DNA of 55,032 nt from a virus (Duplodnaviria > Caudoviricetes). The DNA is taken from positions 1 to 55,032 of IMG/VR virus record IMGVR_UViG_3300045020_000011. The stretch is one strand, 5' to 3'. The notes under the pieces were generated by a model. The model was not told where the DNA came from. It was given only the letters and a program-made list of their open reading frames with translations, and did no database searches. Shown one piece after another: positions 1 to 11,100 of this stretch. The position numbers were made by a program, and so were the translations under genes. Each line of letters opens with the position of its first letter. Position 1 is the stretch's first letter.

Positions 1-109
1 CCTGGAACAAGCCCGAAATACTGACAAAGAAACGATTGATAAAATTCTCCTGCATGTGAAGTCCATTGATGAGAACTTGAACCGATACAAGGGATTTCTT
101 GGAGCAGTT
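1..109. repeat. Terminal direct repeat, left copy (probable assembly overlap of a circularised genome)
   Basis: Bases 1-109 match 54924-55032 with one mismatch (T19 vs G54942); the repeat lies inside an ORF. Confidence 0.95.
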
Positions 110-175
110 TGGTTCGTGATCTCATGTGTTGGTATCTTCTTCAGTGCATTTAAATTCTTTCATAAAGGATAAATC

Positions 176-607
176 ATGGGTTTACTAGACTTAGTTACTG
201 GTCCGGTACTGGATATTATCAACAAGATTATCCCCACTCCGATGACTGCTGAGCAGAAATCACAAGCTCAACTGGCATTACAACAACTTCAACAGAACGA
301 AGAGTTCAAGCAAATGGATGATGCTCTTGCTGCTTCAGCGCAGCAAACAAACATCAACCAAGCTGAAGCTAGTAATCCAAATATGTTTGTTGCTGGTTGG
401 CGACCATTCGTTGGTTGGGTCTGTGGTGGTGGTTTAGCGTATCAATACCTAGCTGATCCGTTGCTTAGTTGGGGTGCAGCAATTGCTCATTTACCCGTTC
501 CTCCATCACTGGATATGTCTACGCTCATTACGATGCTTGGTGGACTTCTGGGTCTTGGTGGAATGCGTACATACGAAAAAATCAATAACGCACAAGGAAA
601 CCATTAA
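176..607 (+). CDS. Holin (GTA 3TM holin-like)
   Basis: FVAGWRPFVGWVC ... LLGLGGMRTYEK motifs; hydrophobic segments. Confidence 0.8.
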   Translation: MGLLDLVTGPVLDIINKIIPTPMTAEQKSQAQLALQQLQQNEEFKQMDDALAASAQQTNINQAEASNPNMFVAGWRPFVGWVCGGGLAYQYLADPLLSWGAAIAHLPVPPSLDMSTLITMLGGLLGLGGMRTYEKINNAQGNH

Positions 608-2079
608 TGGCTGCGGGTACAAATATGACATTTACTGACTACGGTTCACCTGTACCAGCGGTATGGTTGAACGGTGTCAATAGTTTTGTTAATAGTGTAG
701 TTTCTTCGATCAGTGCTCTAGCAGCACTTGATCAAAATTACCCATTCTCAACAATTGCATTTGTATCGGGATACTACACTGCCAACGACGGTGGTGGTGG
801 TATTTACATCTACAATGCTACTATGTCTCAAACACTGGCTAATGGTGGGACGATAATCGCCTCAACTAATGGAACTGGTTGTTGGGTACTTCAATTTACC
901 AACGGTGTTTCAGTTAAGCAGTTTGGCTGTAAACTCGATGGTGTAACCAATGACTACCAGTCTTTGAATGCAGCTATTCTGGCATCGATTGCGGGTAACT
1001 TTAAGCTGACTGCTCCTGCTGGTACTTGTTTTGTTGGTACTAGCACAGTCGCTTTTCCCAATACGATGCCCCAAGGCTACACCATTGATTTCCATCCAGA
1101 CTTCATTATTCAGTACTCTGGTACGGGAAGTGCGGTTACAGTAGATTCGTGTTACAATGCCAAGCTAACTTTTGGTCAGATTGTTTGTACTGGTGGTACA
1201 TCCTGTGCTACTGCTGCCCTGCACATTGCTCCTACTAATGTTGGAGCTAACGGACAGAATGCATGTGTTGTTTCGACAATCAACTTTCAAATGGTTTCTG
1301 GTGCTCAAAATGCACTGTATCTCGATAACCATAATGGTTCGATTGCCCAATGTGATATCAATGGTGTCTCGATTATAAACGGTTATCTACAACCAGCAGG
1401 ATCGATGACTGGGAATATTGTTGCCATTCTAGTAGATGGGGTTTCTCCGAATATCTTCCAGGGTAATATAGTTAATGTGAACTATCCTCAGCCCGCTCCA
1501 GCAGCTTTTGCCGCTGGTAATTCTAATTGGGTGGGAATACAGGATGGGAGTACCACATTTGGTCCCTCGTTAAACAATGTGAACCAATATATTTATGGTG
1601 CCATTGATGGGGCTGGATGCACTACTTCTTATGGTCTGAATCTGTTTGCTGGATACAATTCGTTCACTGGACCTATTGTTGATGTACAAACCGGAGTTCA
1701 GGTTGAGATTAACTCAGTCCAGAACCTCATCATCACTGCTGATATTAATATTCTGGCTGGTGGTACATTCGTTCGCGATCTAACTAACCACACATATGGT
1801 GCCTACACTATTGTTGGTGTGCCAACTGTTGGTAGAGCATATGGAACATCTACCGTTCTGTCAGTGGCGGCGGGAGGTTCAGCAAATTACACAGTTACAT
1901 TTCCGTACCCTATTGTTGGAGGCATGGTAAACAAAGTTGGAGCGACTGTTTTTAATCCTTCTGTTTTGGGATTGGTTGTTTCGATTTCAACTCTGTCAAC
2001 AACGGGTATGATTGTTACTGTTTTTAATCCTACGGTCAGTGCAGCCACTTGCCAAGTGAGTTGGTTTGCGGGAGATTAA
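607..2079 (+). CDS. Tail spike / putative polysaccharide depolymerase (beta-helix)
   Basis: GYYTANDGGGG ... NGGTII ... VSVKQFGCKLDGVTND spike N-terminal motifs; N/G/I/V-rich body. Confidence 0.75.
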   Translation: MAAGTNMTFTDYGSPVPAVWLNGVNSFVNSVVSSISALAALDQNYPFSTIAFVSGYYTANDGGGGIYIYNATMSQTLANGGTIIASTNGTGCWVLQFTNGVSVKQFGCKLDGVTNDYQSLNAAILASIAGNFKLTAPAGTCFVGTSTVAFPNTMPQGYTIDFHPDFIIQYSGTGSAVTVDSCYNAKLTFGQIVCTGGTSCATAALHIAPTNVGANGQNACVVSTINFQMVSGAQNALYLDNHNGSIAQCDINGVSIINGYLQPAGSMTGNIVAILVDGVSPNIFQGNIVNVNYPQPAPAAFAAGNSNWVGIQDGSTTFGPSLNNVNQYIYGAIDGAGCTTSYGLNLFAGYNSFTGPIVDVQTGVQVEINSVQNLIITADINILAGGTFVRDLTNHTYGAYTIVGVPTVGRAYGTSTVLSVAAGGSANYTVTFPYPIVGGMVNKVGATVFNPSVLGLVVSISTLSTTGMIVTVFNPTVSAATCQVSWFAGD

Positions 2080-2081
2080 TT

Positions 2082-2840
2082 ATGGCTATTTCTGGGGCAG
2101 CTAACTGGAATTACACAAGAGATCAGATCGTCAATGCCGCCTATCGTAAGATAGGTATTGGTGTTGATGGTTCTACAGTAACAGCTACACAATTGACCAA
2201 TGCCCAAGAGGCATTGAACAATCTCGTCTTCTCGTTGTATGCCCAGGGTATGCCCGTCTGGGCCATGACCACGACCTACTTCAACCCTATCCAAGGGCAG
2301 GTTGCCTATCCGGTTGGGTCTGGAATTGGTACTGGTAACTTGAATATCATTGCACCGTTGAAGGTGGTACAGGCTTGGTCGAGAGATACCAACGAGTACG
2401 ATACCGATATCCCAATGAACATCTACACTCAGTACAACTACAATTTGCTGAGTACGAAGATCAACGAAGGATATCCGATTCACTTCTGGTATCAACCTGG
2501 AAATCAATCTGGTACAATCACGATCTGGCCAGCACCGGACAGCTACTCTGCTCAGTATCGTCAGATTTGGTTTGTGTACCAACGCCCGTTTGATCAGTTT
2601 AATGCTGGTACAGATACTCCTGACTTCCCTCAAGTCTGGATTGAGCCACTGATCTATTCGTTGGCTCATCGCATGGGACCGGAGTTCGGTCTACCCCTGA
2701 GTGAAATTGATAAGCTCAACGAAACAGCAAACGAACTTATTACCAATGCCTTGTCGTTCGGTACTGAAGAAGGTAGTCTCTTCATTCAGCCTGATTGGGT
2801 TGTTATGGGCATGGGGGGAGGGAATCCCTATGGTGGGTAA
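2082..2840 (+). CDS. Head-tail adaptor (P22 gp4 / tail tubular A-like)
   Basis: Position; TRDQIVNAAYRKIG, ITIWPAPD, PDFPQVWIEPLIYSLA; GGAG RBS before ATG 2082. Confidence 0.65.
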   Translation: MAISGAANWNYTRDQIVNAAYRKIGIGVDGSTVTATQLTNAQEALNNLVFSLYAQGMPVWAMTTTYFNPIQGQVAYPVGSGIGTGNLNIIAPLKVVQAWSRDTNEYDTDIPMNIYTQYNYNLLSTKINEGYPIHFWYQPGNQSGTITIWPAPDSYSAQYRQIWFVYQRPFDQFNAGTDTPDFPQVWIEPLIYSLAHRMGPEFGLPLSEIDKLNETANELITNALSFGTEEGSLFIQPDWVVMGMGGGNPYGG

Positions 2841-3180
2841 ATCTAGCAAAGTTGCAATGTGGTATGCCAAGTTTCGTGGCTCGGCTGCTTTCCTCTGGGG
2901 CCTTACTGGATTCATTGTTGCTTGGCTTACGATCCATTGTATCATTAGTTGGTGGGACAAAGACCTTTCTCTTATCAATCTTCTTCTTAGCTCAGAAGCA
3001 TCGGTCTCCCTGGCTTTCTTTGCCATGATGCAGGAACAGACTGAAATGTACCATACTGAGTTGATGGAGACCATTAAGAAGATGGTCAAAGATATCAGCG
3101 AAGATGTGGATGATATCAAAGAGGAAGTAGAAGAAACTAGCGATGCTAATCGCGTTGAGGGCAACGCTCATGGCAACTAA
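2830..3180 (+). CDS. Two-TM membrane protein, DUF1003-like
   Basis: GSAAFLW...W...D...LINLLLSSEAS...MMQ pattern followed by an acidic coiled coil. Confidence 0.55.
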   Translation: MVGKSSKVAMWYAKFRGSAAFLWGLTGFIVAWLTIHCIISWWDKDLSLINLLLSSEASVSLAFFAMMQEQTEMYHTELMETIKKMVKDISEDVDDIKEEVEETSDANRVEGNAHGN

Positions 3181-4615
3181 TCCGTATTTTACACAATATC
3201 ACACACAACGATTCTCTTTCATTGGTTCCCCCCAACAACGGGATGGTACGTATCAGAAGGACCAACGGTTCCTCAATATGTACCCAGAACTGATCAAGAG
3301 TCCTATTAGCGATGGTAAGAAGTACTACCTCAAGAAACGACCCGGAGTCGCAGCAGGTACAACCTATTCTGGTACTCCCCAAGGGATTTTCTATTGGGCC
3401 AAACCAAATATTTATCTGGTCGCTGCTGGTGGGACATTGTACTTCAATGGTACAGCAATCCTCACCCTAGCAACCTCGACCGGTGTAGTTGGATTCACTG
3501 AGTATGACATTTCAACCGAAGATGTTCTCTTTGTCTGTGATGGAACTCAAGCATACACCATCAATGGGTCAGGCACTGTAACAGCAACGATTACATCTGC
3601 AAACGGTCTACCAAGCCCACATATTCCGGCTCCAGTATTTCTTGACGGTTACATCTTTCTGGCAAGTGCCAATAGCCAATCCATCAACAACAGTAACTTG
3701 AATGACCCCACTACATGGCCTGCGGACGGTTTCATCTATAAGGAAATGTTCCCAGATAATGTAGTATGGATGACGAAAGCACAGAACTATCTGGTTGGTA
3801 TTGGTTCAGCATCGATTGAGTTCTTCTATGACAATGCTAACTCCACTGGTTCACCGCTGTTGCCAAACGCTCCAGCAGTTGCTCAGTTTGGGTGCCCAGC
3901 CCCACAGTCGGTGGTTCAAACGGAAGTGGAAACAATCCTGATTGGATCAACAGATGCTGGTGGTCATACGGTGTGGACCATTAGTGGTTTCCAACCAACT
4001 GAGATTGCAAGTGAGCCGGTACGAGAAGCACTTGACTTGGAAGGTACGAGTCTGACTCAAGCTACTGGTTTCTGTGTTCAGTGTTCTGGTCACAAGTGGT
4101 ATGTGATGAACCTAGTTGGGAATAGCCGTACCTTCGTATATGACTTCGATGAGCAGATGTGGCACGAGTGGTCATCTGGTACGACTCAGCAGTACTTCCA
4201 GTGGGCATTTGCAGCAGATAGTGGTAATGGTTCCCCAATGCTCCTGTCAGCTACCTCTGGTCAAACTGGTGTTCTCTCACCAACTAACTACACTGATCTA
4301 GGTAACGCAATTAACTGTGAGGTTATCACCAGTAAGCTGGATTTTGATACCATCATGAGAAAGCGTATCTTCCGTCTTTCATTGATTGGGGATGCACCAA
4401 ATGCTAATAACAATGTACCTCTCACATTGAACTGGTCAGATGATGACTACAATACTTGGGTTGGTGGCTTAACAATTGAGATGAGTGGGGATTATCCCAC
4501 GGTAACACAGTTAGGTTACACACGTAGACGAGCATTCCAATTCATCTACCAGCAACCTTATCCGCTTCGACTTGAGGCATTTGAAGTAGACATTATCCAG
4601 GAGGTACGTCGATGA
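3170..4615 (+). CDS. Tail nozzle / DNA stabilisation protein (P22 gp10-like)
   Basis: LKKRPG, FLDGYIF, SIEFF, TFVYD...WHEW, WSDDDYNTW, LGYTRRRAF motifs. Confidence 0.8.
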   Translation: MATNPYFTQYHTQRFSFIGSPQQRDGTYQKDQRFLNMYPELIKSPISDGKKYYLKKRPGVAAGTTYSGTPQGIFYWAKPNIYLVAAGGTLYFNGTAILTLATSTGVVGFTEYDISTEDVLFVCDGTQAYTINGSGTVTATITSANGLPSPHIPAPVFLDGYIFLASANSQSINNSNLNDPTTWPADGFIYKEMFPDNVVWMTKAQNYLVGIGSASIEFFYDNANSTGSPLLPNAPAVAQFGCPAPQSVVQTEVETILIGSTDAGGHTVWTISGFQPTEIASEPVREALDLEGTSLTQATGFCVQCSGHKWYVMNLVGNSRTFVYDFDEQMWHEWSSGTTQQYFQWAFAADSGNGSPMLLSATSGQTGVLSPTNYTDLGNAINCEVITSKLDFDTIMRKRIFRLSLIGDAPNANNNVPLTLNWSDDDYNTWVGGLTIEMSGDYPTVTQLGYTRRRAFQFIYQQPYPLRLEAFEVDIIQEVRR

Positions 4616-5097
4616 CTGCTGGTTTACCGCCGCCACCGATTAACAGCCCGGATGGTAGCTTCTACTGGATTCAGTGGTACACACAGCTTACTAACATTCT
4701 GAGTGGAACTGGCTACCCTTGGGCATCGATTAACTTTGCTGGATCAGATATCGCTAGCATCGTAACTCGTAACCATAACGAGTTGTCCAATATCCAAGGG
4801 GGTACAGCCACTGGAACCTCTCCAGGTGCAGGCGATGCATATCACATGACAGGTCGAGGGTATGTCTCTGCTGCTGGCGCTGGAACTGGTCTACCAACAG
4901 GATGGTCAGTAGCATTGACTTCCACTGGTGTCTACACCATCACTCATAATCTTGGTCTGGCTGCTCCGAATATTGGTGCTGTAGCTACGTCAAACACTGC
5001 TGGAGTTACCGTATCCTATATTGACCTATCCAGTACTACGCAAGCAGTTGTGCATCTAAGTGGTAACGGTGCTTTTACTTTCATAATTACCTCATGA
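4612..5097 (+). CDS. Putative tail protein
   Basis: ATGA-coupled to the nozzle gene; W-x-x-W N-terminus, TGVYTITHNLG. Confidence 0.55.
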   Translation: MTAGLPPPPINSPDGSFYWIQWYTQLTNILSGTGYPWASINFAGSDIASIVTRNHNELSNIQGGTATGTSPGAGDAYHMTGRGYVSAAGAGTGLPTGWSVALTSTGVYTITHNLGLAAPNIGAVATSNTAGVTVSYIDLSSTTQAVVHLSGNGAFTFIITS

Positions 5098-5540
5098 TTA
5101 AAACACAACTAACTAGAGAAGATGCCCTTCAAATCTTGGAACTTGGTCGGGCTTTACACAATGAGTCCCGATTCAAGGACGAACCATTTGATACCGAGAA
5201 ATGTTGGGCAGTTCTCGATAGCACACTCCGATATCCAGATAAACGATTCATTGCCTACGATGATCAGTTTCATGGATTCATCATTATGTCAATGAATGAA
5301 GAATTCTTCAATCATGTAAAGTGGGCAGCAGATTTGTGTTTGTATGTTGCTCCAGAGTTTCGTGGTAGTTCACTAGTCATACGACTGCTTGACAGTGCTG
5401 AGAAGTGGGCTAAAGAAAATGGAGCGCGAGATATTACAATATTCCACAATACAGGAATTGATACCGAGAAAGCTCCCAAACTATTTAATAAACTTGGATT
5501 CCATATGAAGGGATATATCTTTGCCAAGGAGCTAGTATAA
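5094..5540 (+). CDS. GNAT-family acetyltransferase in the virion module
   Basis: LYVAPEFRGS ... AEKWAKENGA ... LFNKLGF. Confidence 0.85.
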   Translation: MIKTQLTREDALQILELGRALHNESRFKDEPFDTEKCWAVLDSTLRYPDKRFIAYDDQFHGFIIMSMNEEFFNHVKWAADLCLYVAPEFRGSSLVIRLLDSAEKWAKENGARDITIFHNTGIDTEKAPKLFNKLGFHMKGYIFAKELV

Positions 5541-7105
5541 TGTGTGGTGTTCTTGATGACGTTCTTCCGGTACTAGGTGGCATTGGGGGCTTCTTGCTTG
5601 GAGGCCCTGTTGGCGCAGCCATCGGGGGTGGTCTCGGTGGTGCAGTTAATGGTGGTATTCAAAGTGGCTGGAATCTCGGAGATACCCTGCTTGGTGGTGT
5701 AACTGGTGGAGTGGGTGGAGCTTTTGGGGCTGGTGGTATCGTCAACGGACTCAGTAGCCTTGGTAGTACTCTGAGCGCTGATACTCTCGGTGATCTAGGC
5801 TCAGCCGGTGGCTTTGCTGCTGGACTTGGCTCGGCTACGCCATCCACCCTTGGGGGCCTTGAATCGGCCACAGGTGGCGCTGGTTTGTTTGGTGTTGGGT
5901 CAGGTACTGGTACCGCTATTGGAGACGCTTCACAGGCTCTTGGTGGCTCTGGATTGGGTATGGCTGGTGGCGATGCTCTGTCTGGTGTTACGGGTAATTC
6001 TGCCTACCTTGGTGGCCTTGGTGGTGGAACCCAGGGAACTGGTCTAGGAACTCCAGGATCGGCACAGCTTGGCAATACCGGTATGGGCCAGTCAACTGCT
6101 GACCTCTCTGGTGCTCAATCAGCGGCAACCAACCCAATGATGGGTCCTACCAGTCCTATGCAAACCGCAGGGATTTCTGGTAGCCCTACAGTTGGTAACA
6201 ATATTGGTACTCTTAGTCAGACGAATACTCCTGGGATCACTGGTGGTGGTGCCATTCCGACTGATTCTGGCTCAACCTCCCTAGAGGGATCACAAGGTAT
6301 GGCTCCTGGTGGGGCTCCTCAGATGGCCCCTGGTGCTGATCCCTCTCAAGCAATGGCGGCAGGGGCTATGAGCCCTGGTGCAACAGGAAGCACAGGTAGT
6401 AATCTTTCAGCAATGTTTGGGCCAGACTCAACGGCTACATCTAGCCCAATGGGTCAAGCAATTTCAAACGCAGGAACTAGTTCCGTCGGAGGAGGCGGAG
6501 CGTTAGGAGAAAACATGGGTGATGATGGTAGCAGTTTCTTGAGCCAACTATTTGGCGGTGGTGGTGGCTCAGGTGGACAGGCCACTGATATCCCAGGTCA
6601 ATCGATTGGATCAAATTATGGTACAGCAGCTAACTCGGCTGCACAGGGTGGTAACTTCGGCAATACTCTCAGCAGCTTCTTTAGTGGTTTGGGGAATAAC
6701 TCAGCAAGCACGTTGTCTCCGATGGCTGGTCTGCTTCAATCTGGTCTGAATGCATACCAACAATATGCTCGGCAGAATGCGGCTAGTAACTATGCAAACC
6801 AGATTCAGCAGATCTATAGCCCGACTGGTCCCTATGCACAACAGATGCAATCGAACATTGCACGTCAGTATGCAGCGCAAGGTCGGAATGCCGAAGTTGG
6901 TCCGCAGCAAGTTCAATTGGCAGCATTGCTGGCTAACGGACAGGCTCAAGCATTGGGCGGTGCTCAGTATGCTAACGCTGCACAGAATACTTCTGGTGCG
7001 AATATGCTTAACGGCTTGTTCACGACTCCTGGTGCTATGACAGGCCTTGGTCAAGTAGCGGGCAGCGCGTGGAACGGTCTGAGCAATCTCTTTAGTGGGT
7101 TCTAA
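5540..7105 (+). CDS. Gly-rich internal virion (ejection) protein
   Basis: Position; hydrophobic Gly-rich N-terminus; low complexity. Confidence 0.6.
   Translation: MCGVLDDVLPVLGGIGGFLLGGPVGAAIGGGLGGAVNGGIQSGWNLGDTLLGGVTGGVGGAFGAGGIVNGLSSLGSTLSADTLGDLGSAGGFAAGLGSATPSTLGGLESATGGAGLFGVGSGTGTAIGDASQALGGSGLGMAGGDALSGVTGNSAYLGGLGGGTQGTGLGTPGSAQLGNTGMGQSTADLSGAQSAATNPMMGPTSPMQTAGISGSPTVGNNIGTLSQTNTPGITGGGAIPTDSGSTSLEGSQGMAPGGAPQMAPGADPSQAMAAGAMSPGATGSTGSNLSAMFGPDSTATSSPMGQAISNAGTSSVGGGGALGENMGDDGSSFLSQLFGGGGGSGGQATDIPGQSIGSNYGTAANSAAQGGNFGNTLSSFFSGLGNNSASTLSPMAGLLQSGLNAYQQYARQNAASNYANQIQQIYSPTGPYAQQMQSNIARQYAAQGRNAEVGPQQVQLAALLANGQAQALGGAQYANAAQNTSGANMLNGLFTTPGAMTGLGQVAGSAWNGLSNLFSGF
6192..6213. 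repeat. 22-bp imperfect palindrome (dispersed motif)
   Basis: TTGGTAACAA-TA-TTGGTACTCT. Confidence 0.65.
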
Positions 7106-7107
7106 TT

Positions 7108-8133
7108 ATGCCAGCATATGTAAATGATGCACAAACACTAGCAGATGTTGTAGGGCCTGCCGCTGCTGCTAATCAGATGCAGACGCAGAATGCGGCGGCC
7201 AACGTACAACAGGATATTGCTAACCAAGTAGCGCAAGGTACGGAAGCAGCAGATATCCAGAAGCCTTATCTGCAAAACCTGTTCACACAAGCCAATACAA
7301 ACAATACCAATGCGATAGCTCTACAGAACTCTGTCAAGGGTCTTACCGATCAGGCAGAAATGCCATCGGCTATTGGTGCTGGTGTTGCAGCTAATCAAGC
7401 TAAGATGACTGCGGATCAAGTTAGTAAGATCAGTTCTCTTGGACAGCTGGTAGGTCAGGTTGCTGGTGTCATGGACAACGTACCCCCGCCTGCTCGTCAG
7501 GCAGCGATGACTGAGATTCTCCAACGGAATAATATTGATCCGAGTACAGTCGGTCCTCTGATCTCTGGTGATCCTGATACTCTTCGTAGTGTTTCACAGA
7601 AGATGATTCAAGCATCAGCATCTTACCAAACTCAGATGATGTCAGAGGAAATGCGTAACCAAGGATCAGCACAAGTTGCAACCATTGGTGCACAAAGCCG
7701 TGAGCGTGAAGCAAAGACGATTGCTCAAGGTCGTACTGATGTAGCGTCCATAAATGCTGCGCAGCGTGCTCAACAATGGAACAACCAGAAAGGCGCTCTT
7801 GCAGCTAAGGTGGCTCAAGGTACTGCAACTCCTGCTGAGCAACAGACACTCCAGTGGATGACGCAGAGTGAGCAGATGGCTCGTCAGGGCAACCCGATGG
7901 CACAATCGGCAATGGGTATCAATGTTGAACCTAACGTTCCGAATGTTCCGAACACAAGCCCACAGCAACCCGCAGCACCACAGGCTCCTCAACAAGTTCC
8001 TCCAACTCCAGCACTTCAAACCGGAGTTGAACAGAAGTGGGGTAGGGGCAGCTACGATCCTAACAAGTACACCTATGTCCTAGCAGTTAATCCTGCTACG
8101 GGAAAACCGGACCTTGGCCGTATTCCAAAATGA
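7108..8133 (+). CDS. Internal virion (ejection) protein
   Basis: A/Q-rich helical protein between ejection genes. Confidence 0.55.
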   Translation: MPAYVNDAQTLADVVGPAAAANQMQTQNAAANVQQDIANQVAQGTEAADIQKPYLQNLFTQANTNNTNAIALQNSVKGLTDQAEMPSAIGAGVAANQAKMTADQVSKISSLGQLVGQVAGVMDNVPPPARQAAMTEILQRNNIDPSTVGPLISGDPDTLRSVSQKMIQASASYQTQMMSEEMRNQGSAQVATIGAQSREREAKTIAQGRTDVASINAAQRAQQWNNQKGALAAKVAQGTATPAEQQTLQWMTQSEQMARQGNPMAQSAMGINVEPNVPNVPNTSPQQPAAPQAPQQVPPTPALQTGVEQKWGRGSYDPNKYTYVLAVNPATGKPDLGRIPK

Positions 8134-8165
8134 GTCAGCGATCTGACGATCTTTTAAGGTAAACA

Positions 8166-11100
8166 ATGGCAGCTATTGACTTCGGAAATAACAGCGGCGC
8201 TCCCGATCAAGGGGGCGCTGTTTCATCTAGTGCCCTGCTTGCGCAGGATGCACTCCTTCAAGCTAAACATCCTAGCTGGCCTACTGGTGGTACGGCTGCT
8301 CAACTCGGTCAGGAGACGAGTGGATACGACAATAGTGCTGTCTCTCCCAAGGGCGCACAAGGTATTGCCCAGGTAATGCCCGATACCCTCAAATCGATTG
8401 AGGCACAGACTGGTCGTAAGTTGGACCCAAACAATGTCAATGACCAACTGTTCATTCATCGGTACATAATGGATCAGAATTTAGCCCGGTACAATGGTGA
8501 CCCGTCGGCATCTGTCGCTGCGTACAACAGCGGTACTGATCCTAGCAAATGGAACAATCCGGAGACAAACAACTATACCCGGACTTTCGATGCGAAGACC
8601 GGAATTGATGTTGATAGTCCCTACATGATGAACGCCGCTGTTCAACCGACTACCCCCCAACAGGCCCAACCGGCACAAAATAGTCAACAACCGGCTATAG
8701 ACTTTGGCCCGACAAATAGTGCTCCCCCCTCCAACGTAGATTTTGGAGATAAACCAGTCGATAATTCCCTGTGGGAAAATCTGAAGGGCTTGGGTATGCA
8801 AGCAGCCAACATCGTTGGTGGTGGTCTGGAGTCCATTCCAATTGCTGCCCATGCAGCCTATGAAGGACTTAGGCAAGGTAGCCTTGGTGCAGTGGCTCAG
8901 ACAGGTGCCCAAGATTTCAGTAAGTACAGCCCTGAATCTGGCCTCAATGCATTGGGTGTAAATACAGACGCCTTGCACAACACGGCTGGTTATCAGCTAC
9001 CTGCTCAGGCAATGAACTTCGCATTTGATACTGTCCCTGGTGTACTCGGGGAGGGATTGGCACGTACTGGTGAACTGGAGGCTGGTATGTCTCCAAGTCA
9101 GTTCACTCCAGAAGCAGCACAGCAAGGTAAGAACATTGTCCAGGCTGGTATGATCCTCAGTCCTCTAGCTGAGATTCCGCATGCGTTTGGTGCTCTGACT
9201 CATGGTGGTCCTAGCGAAGCTGAACTGGCAGCACAGAAGTTCGCTAACCATGACAATGAGCCTACTGGTATGCCTCCGGCTACTACTCCTGGTCAGATGC
9301 CGTGGGAAATGGGTCCTCAGCCGGAAGGTGGTGGTCCCCTGCAAGGCCAGCCTAACGCTGGTCCGGAGCGTCCCCCGATTGCAATGAACAGCCAGGGTAT
9401 TGGTATTGATCCCTTGCAACCGGTGACGGCAGAAATGAACGGGGCTGAACAAGCACGTAACCGTATGGGTCCGAATGAGGGTCCGCAGTTGCCAGAAGGT
9501 GTCGACCCAATGGCAGCTAAGGTTGCGGACTTCAACACGGCTGTACAGAGTGGACACATGTTCTCTCAAGGTGATTTGTTCAACGATCTGGATCAACGTC
9601 AGGTCGATCAATATGGTACGAGACAATACGATGATGAGGAATTAAAGACCCCGCCTCGTCCTTTGAACCGTGATGAATTCGATCAGACACTAGAGAATCT
9701 AGCTAGCCAAGTAGACGATCAAGGTCGCCCTAAGACTGGCTTCGAGCTACCTGAACCTGATGACCGGGATGCAGCATATGACAAGTACCTAGAAACGGTA
9801 ACTGACAAACAAGGAGGTCTATTAGACCGTCCTACCATTGCTGACAACTTCGCTAAGGCTATCGATGAATCTATTGTAGCTGAACGTGTAGCTAACCATC
9901 CGGCAGTCAAGGCTGCACAGAATGAAGTGAATCGTCTGCAAGATCAGATTGCAGCTACCCAGGGCTTTGACAAGCAGGCTCCGCTGCAACAAGCACTTCA
10001 AACAGCTAAGGATACCCTGGCTAAAGCTACGGCTAACGTTACCAAGTTCTTCAAGGATAGCTTCCCGAAGACCCAATCAGAAGATGGTATCACGTACCTC
10101 CATGCCGGGCTGCGCCCGCCTGACTGGCTCCTGAACGGTATCGGCAATATGCTGAAAGCGTTCCACGGACTTGTATTCCGTCAAGCAGCTAAGCTGATCC
10201 GTAAGCCTACCAATCTGGATTCTTTTGCTAAGATTGTACGCTCTGGTATTGCTGATCGTATCAACCGTGAAGTTAATCGTAACTGGGAAACAGAAAAGAA
10301 CGGGAATGCGGTTGACCACATTCAGAGTGGTCCTCTGGGAAAGTTCGACGCTATTAAAGAGTGGATTCCTGATGACCGTCCGTATGAAGAGTTGAAGCAG
10401 GACTTCATGGGTGCACCTGATATGGATAGCAACATGCTAACCAAGAACATGGGTGCTCAGGGTGGTCTGTGGGCGTCAGCGATCAGCAAGAACCCGATGG
10501 TTAAGTATGCGTACACCAAGATCAACGGTGCTCAGAAGGCTATTGACCTGCAAACCAAGATGCTTCTTACCGATAAGAAGACTGGTCTGCAAGCCAAGAT
10601 GCGTGCACTGACTGCTGCTGAGAAGGGTGAGATTTATGCACACATGGACTTGAACGAAGGGAAGCGGGCTTTCACGGATGCTGAACTCCAGCGTGCTGGA
10701 TTCAATGATCGACAGATTGATTACTACCGTACTCATCAAGAAGTAATGGGTAAGATACTTGATCAAGTCAATGATGCACGGTCGAAGATTGGTCTCGATC
10801 CGATTGATCCTCGTATCGCCTATATGTCTAGCCGGTTCGTTGGTGACTTCCGTTCACTGGTATACCAGAAAGGTACGGGACACATTGTGGGTTTCATCGG
10901 TCATAACTACCGGCCCGCACTACGTGCGATCATTCGCCATATTGACGAACAGAACCCTGGTAAGTATGACTTCGAGAAGCCTACACTGAACAAGCCTGAC
11001 ATGCAGCACCCGATGAATATGTTCCAAGGGTACATGAATGCTCTGGACATGCTCAGCAAGACGGACTCTGATGTTAAAGCTATTGTGGATTCGTACAGGA

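Noticed and set aside
1-109. Biological direct terminal repeat
   Set aside because: It interrupts a gene in the middle of the late arm, which fits an assembly overlap better
5540-5570. Ntn-hydrolase suggested by the MCG start
   Set aside because: The rest is low-complexity Gly-rich sequence with no GATase motifs
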